A stretch of DNA of 30,638 nt from Elusimicrobiota bacterium (GTDB lineage: Bacteria; Elusimicrobiota; Elusimicrobia; Elusimicrobiales; UBA9959), in contig JAINCQ010000010.1 in the NCBI GenBank assembly GCA_036574205.1, forward strand, positions 1 to 30,638, read 5' to 3'. Below, in pieces: positions 27,988-30,638 of this stretch. Position 1 is the stretch's first letter, and every line of letters begins with the position of its first letter. Below the pieces are notes generated by a model. The model was not told the origin of the DNA and ran no database searches. It was given only the letters and a program-made list of their open reading frames with translations. The translations under genes were made by a program, and so were the position numbers.

Positions 27988-29610
27988 ATGTTGTGGTATA
28001 AAATAAAGCTTTTTTTTAAAAAAAACTGGCTTATAATTTCTATATTATTTTTGGTGATAATTTCTTTTGTAATACCTGTTATATATCTTTCAAAACTTGA
28101 ATCTAATACAAGAAGATACATAATGGGAATAAACATTGCATCAATGCCGTGGGCAGTGCTGCAGACAATTATTTTTGTCGGTTTTTTGTATCTGCTTCAT
28201 TATGGTGGAGGTTTTTCAAGATTTAAAAAAGCTAAAATGAAGTCAGAGAAGGTTAATGTAAGGTTTGGGGATATAATAGGACTTGAACAGGCAAAGCGGG
28301 AAGCATGGGAAGTGGTTCAACTTATAAAAGACAGAAAACGTGTTAAAAGAATTGGTGGAAAAATAATCAAAGGGGTTTTATTAATAGGACCTCCTGGATG
28401 CGGGAAAACAATGCTTGCCAAAGCAATAGCTACAGAATCTGAGGTTCCGCTTCTTTCAGTTGCAGGTTCAGAGTTTGTAGAAGTTTTTGTCGGTGTTGGT
28501 GCTTCAAGAGTCAGAAAATTATTTTCAGAGGCAAGATATACCGCTCATGCTTATGGTGCATGTATAATATTCATAGATGAACTTGAAGTTATTGGTAGAA
28601 GAAGAATTCTTTATGACGCTTTTGGCGGAGGTTCTGAGACAAATTCAACCCAGAATCAGCTTTTGGTTGAAATGGATGGACTTAATGACGATGACGCAAA
28701 TGTTATAGTTTTTGGCGCAACAAATGCAATTGAAGAAATTTTAGACGAAGCGCTTTTAAGACCGGGAAGATTTGACAGGAAAATATTTATTGGAAAACCA
28801 AATTTAATGGAAAGGGAGCAATTATTTGCCTACTATTTAAGTAAGGTTAAATACGATCCTGCTATAGATATCCCAAGACTTGCAAGAAAAGCTGTTTACA
28901 AAACTCCTGCTGAAATAGAAAATATAGTCAAAGAAGCGGCTCTAATAGCTGCGAGAAACAACAGAGAGATGGTTGTATACAGCGATATAACTCAGGCTAT
29001 AGAGAGAATAGAATTGGGATTTGCCCACAAGCTTGTAATGACTCCAAAAGAAAGGGAGATGACAGCCTATCATGAAGCGGGGCATCTTGTTGTATTATAT
29101 CTCAGTCATCCAACAAGAGATGTTTTTAAGGTATCAATACTCAACCGTGGCGGAGTTTTAGGGGTGGTTCATTCAATACCCAAAGAAGAACTATTTACAC
29201 AGGATAAAAACGCGCTTTTGGCTAATATCAGGGTTTCGCTTGCTGGATATGTAGCAGAGCTTATAAAATACAACAGCACAAGCGATGGGGTATCTTCGGA
29301 TTTTGCTAAAGCAACAGGTATTGCTCATAATATGGTCTGGAGATTAGGAATGGGAATAAATGGATATATAGGAGATTTCAGTATAATTCCAGAGAAAGAG
29401 CTTTCTACTCTAATGGCGTCAAAACTTAATGATGAGACTGCTGAAATAATAAAAAGAGAAAAAACTTCAGCTGAAAAAATATTAAAAGAAAACTGGAATA
29501 TAGTTGAAGAATTTGTGGCTCTTCTACTTGAAAAAGACGAACTTGAATATGACGAAATAGTGGAGGTTTTCAAAAAGCATGGGATTGAAAAAACTCCACT
29601 GATTACCTAA
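27988..29610 (+). CDS. FtsH-family ATP-dependent zinc metalloprotease paralogue lacking the periplasmic domain
   Basis: Two TM helices with a short loop; Walker A GPPGCGKT, pore FVEVFVG, Walker B IIFIDE, LLRPGRFDR, HEAGH, GVSSD; start moved to ATG 27988. Confidence 0.92.
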   Translation: MLWYKIKLFFKKNWLIISILFLVIISFVIPVIYLSKLESNTRRYIMGINIASMPWAVLQTIIFVGFLYLLHYGGGFSRFKKAKMKSEKVNVRFGDIIGLEQAKREAWEVVQLIKDRKRVKRIGGKIIKGVLLIGPPGCGKTMLAKAIATESEVPLLSVAGSEFVEVFVGVGASRVRKLFSEARYTAHAYGACIIFIDELEVIGRRRILYDAFGGGSETNSTQNQLLVEMDGLNDDDANVIVFGATNAIEEILDEALLRPGRFDRKIFIGKPNLMEREQLFAYYLSKVKYDPAIDIPRLARKAVYKTPAEIENIVKEAALIAARNNREMVVYSDITQAIERIELGFAHKLVMTPKEREMTAYHEAGHLVVLYLSHPTRDVFKVSILNRGGVLGVVHSIPKEELFTQDKNALLANIRVSLAGYVAELIKYNSTSDGVSSDFAKATGIAHNMVWRLGMGINGYIGDFSIIPEKELSTLMASKLNDETAEIIKREKTSAEKILKENWNIVEEFVALLLEKDELEYDEIVEVFKKHGIEKTPLIT

Positions 29611-29829
29611 AATTTGATTTAGCATAGTGTTTTTTTATCTTAAATAAGATTTTAACTTGATTTATCAACCCAATTTACCAATAATAGAATAAATTGATAT
29701 AACGAAAAATTATAAAACATTAAAAATTTAATAAACTATATATATAGTGTTTGTAAATTTACTTTAATAATGGTTCACTAATTTTTTAATAAGAAAATTT
29801 TCTTATTATTGTAGCTCTTGCTTTGCTTA

Positions 29830-30185
29830 TTGAAAGACATATTAGAACTGGATAAACATTAAGTTTAATGGAGGGATGGCTGCGCTCGACTTGTCGTGGG
29901 TTAAATGCGGAGGGAGAGTTTGGCGCGGAGTCGCCAACGCGGGTACCGCGAAGCAAGAAAGTTTTGAAGACTAAATTTTTATTGAAAGACAGATTAGAAC
30001 TGGATAAACATTAAGTTTAATGGAGGGATGGCTGTGCTCGACTTAGCGTGGGTTGAAAGCTTGGGAGAGTTTGGCGCGGAGTCGCCAACGCGGGTACCGC
30101 GAAGCAAGAAAGTTTTGAAGACTAAATTTTTGTTGAAAGACAGATTAGAACTGGATAAACATTAAGTTTAATGGAGGGATGGCTG
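29830..30185 (+). repeat. tandem repeat, period 152/151 bp: three copies of a 53-bp tRNA leader + tRNA 5' end, separated by two related cassettes
   Basis: TTGAAAGACA(T/G)ATTAGAACTGGATAAACATTAAGTTTAATGGAGGGATGGCTG at 29830-29882, 29982-30034 and 30133-30185. Confidence 0.95.
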
Positions 30186-30259
30186 AGCGGTCTAAAGCGC
30201 CGGTCTCGAAAACCGGTAGACGCCTTCGCGTCTCGTGGGTTCGAATCCCACTCCCTCCG
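30173..30259 (+). tRNA. tRNA-Ser(CGA), CCA not encoded
   Basis: Acceptor GGAGGGA/TCCCTCC with discriminator G; anticodon stem CCGGT/ACCGG, loop CTCGAAA (CGA at 30207-30209); long variable arm AGACGC..GCGTCT; T arm GTGGG-TTCGAAT-CCCAC. Confidence 0.97.
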
Positions 30260-30437
30260 TGCTTTACTAAGAAATGCGTTAAGCATTTCGCGGGGATTCG
30301 AAAGCCCGCAGCAAAACCTGGGCATACAGTTTTGCGAGGGGCGGCCCGCGAAAAATTTTGCGGTGAGCAAAATTTATTTGTGGGAGAATCCCACTCCCTC
30401 CGTGCTTTACTAAGAAATGCGTTAAGCATTTCGCGGG
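30243..30437 (+). repeat. 52-bp exact direct repeat of the tRNA 3' end plus trailer hairpin
   Basis: GAATCCCACTCCCTCCGTGCTTTACTAAGAAATGCGTTAAGCATTTCGCGGG at 30243-30294 and 30386-30437 (offset 143). Confidence 0.95.
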
Positions 30438-30439
30438 TG

Positions 30440-30638
30440 AGGACTGCCTTTAGAGCGAAACCTAAACGGTTTCGCGTGCAGTCCGCAAGGCCGGAGTTCG
30501 CCTTGGGCATTCAGGCGAACGAGGCGGGGTCGCGCAAGCCGTCAAGGCTATGCGTGACAGGACTGCCTTTAGAGCGAAACCTAAACGGTTTCGCGTGCAG
30601 TCCGCAAGGCCGGAGTTCGCCTTGGGCATTCAGGCGAA
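30440..30638. repeat. GC-rich 119-bp-period multi-hairpin tandem repeat (REP/BIME-like), cut by the window end
   Basis: 30440-30519 is identical to 30559-30638; stems GGACTGC/GCAGTCC, GCGAAACC/GGTTTCGC, GTTCGCCT/AGGCGAAC, GTCGCGCA/TGCGTGAC. Confidence 0.92.

Noticed and set aside
11845..29573. Short antisense or alternate-frame ORFs within the WYL, speB, HD-GYP, glyA, TadG-like and FtsH-like genes
   Set aside because: Nested in or largely overlapping supported genes, with no motifs or RBS.
29830..30185. CRISPR array interpretation of the 53-bp repeats
   Set aside because: The intervening segments are ~98 bp and nearly identical to each other, the repeat is the tRNA leader and 5' end, and no cas genes are in the window.
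30243..30437. attL/attR of a prophage or genomic island
   Set aside because: Only 91 bp lie between the repeats and no integrase is present; kept as a repeat finding instead.
30122..30510. ORFs 30122-30370 (-), 30145-30510 (-) and 30171-30413 (+)
   Set aside because: They overlap the tRNA and GC-rich repeats, which are naturally poor in stop codons; no protein motifs.

Overview
AT-rich bacterial chromosomal window, almost entirely + strand and using the standard bacterial code (TGA ends several genes). An Elusimicrobiota-like origin is my impression from the proteins, not a search result. 269-11862 is an S10-spc ribosomal protein cluster (rplC to rplO, secY, adk, map) with no rpsJ at the front, no rpmD inside and no infA/rpmJ/alpha genes after it. 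Next come a WYL regulator coupled to an unknown 2-TM protein and a degenerate 3-hydroxyacyl-CoA dehydrogenase, then pyruvoyl arginine decarboxylase plus agmatinase, and a broken S8 protease. These are followed by a radical SAM / CBM48 / secreted-protein trio, a GAF-HD-GYP protein, an RsmI-LMW phosphatase fusion, glyA and a two-component pair. Last are three Flp/Tad prepilin-like genes coupled to an FtsH paralogue, and tRNA-Ser(CGA). Most unusual: (i) the tRNA is bracketed by ~52-53 bp direct duplications of its own 5' and 3' ends, separated by 91-99 bp hairpin cassettes, then a 119-bp hairpin repeat; (ii) six non-ribosomal units have a -10 box 6-7 nt before an SD-less ATG, suggesting leaderless mRNAs; (iii) the RsmI/YwlE-type fusion.
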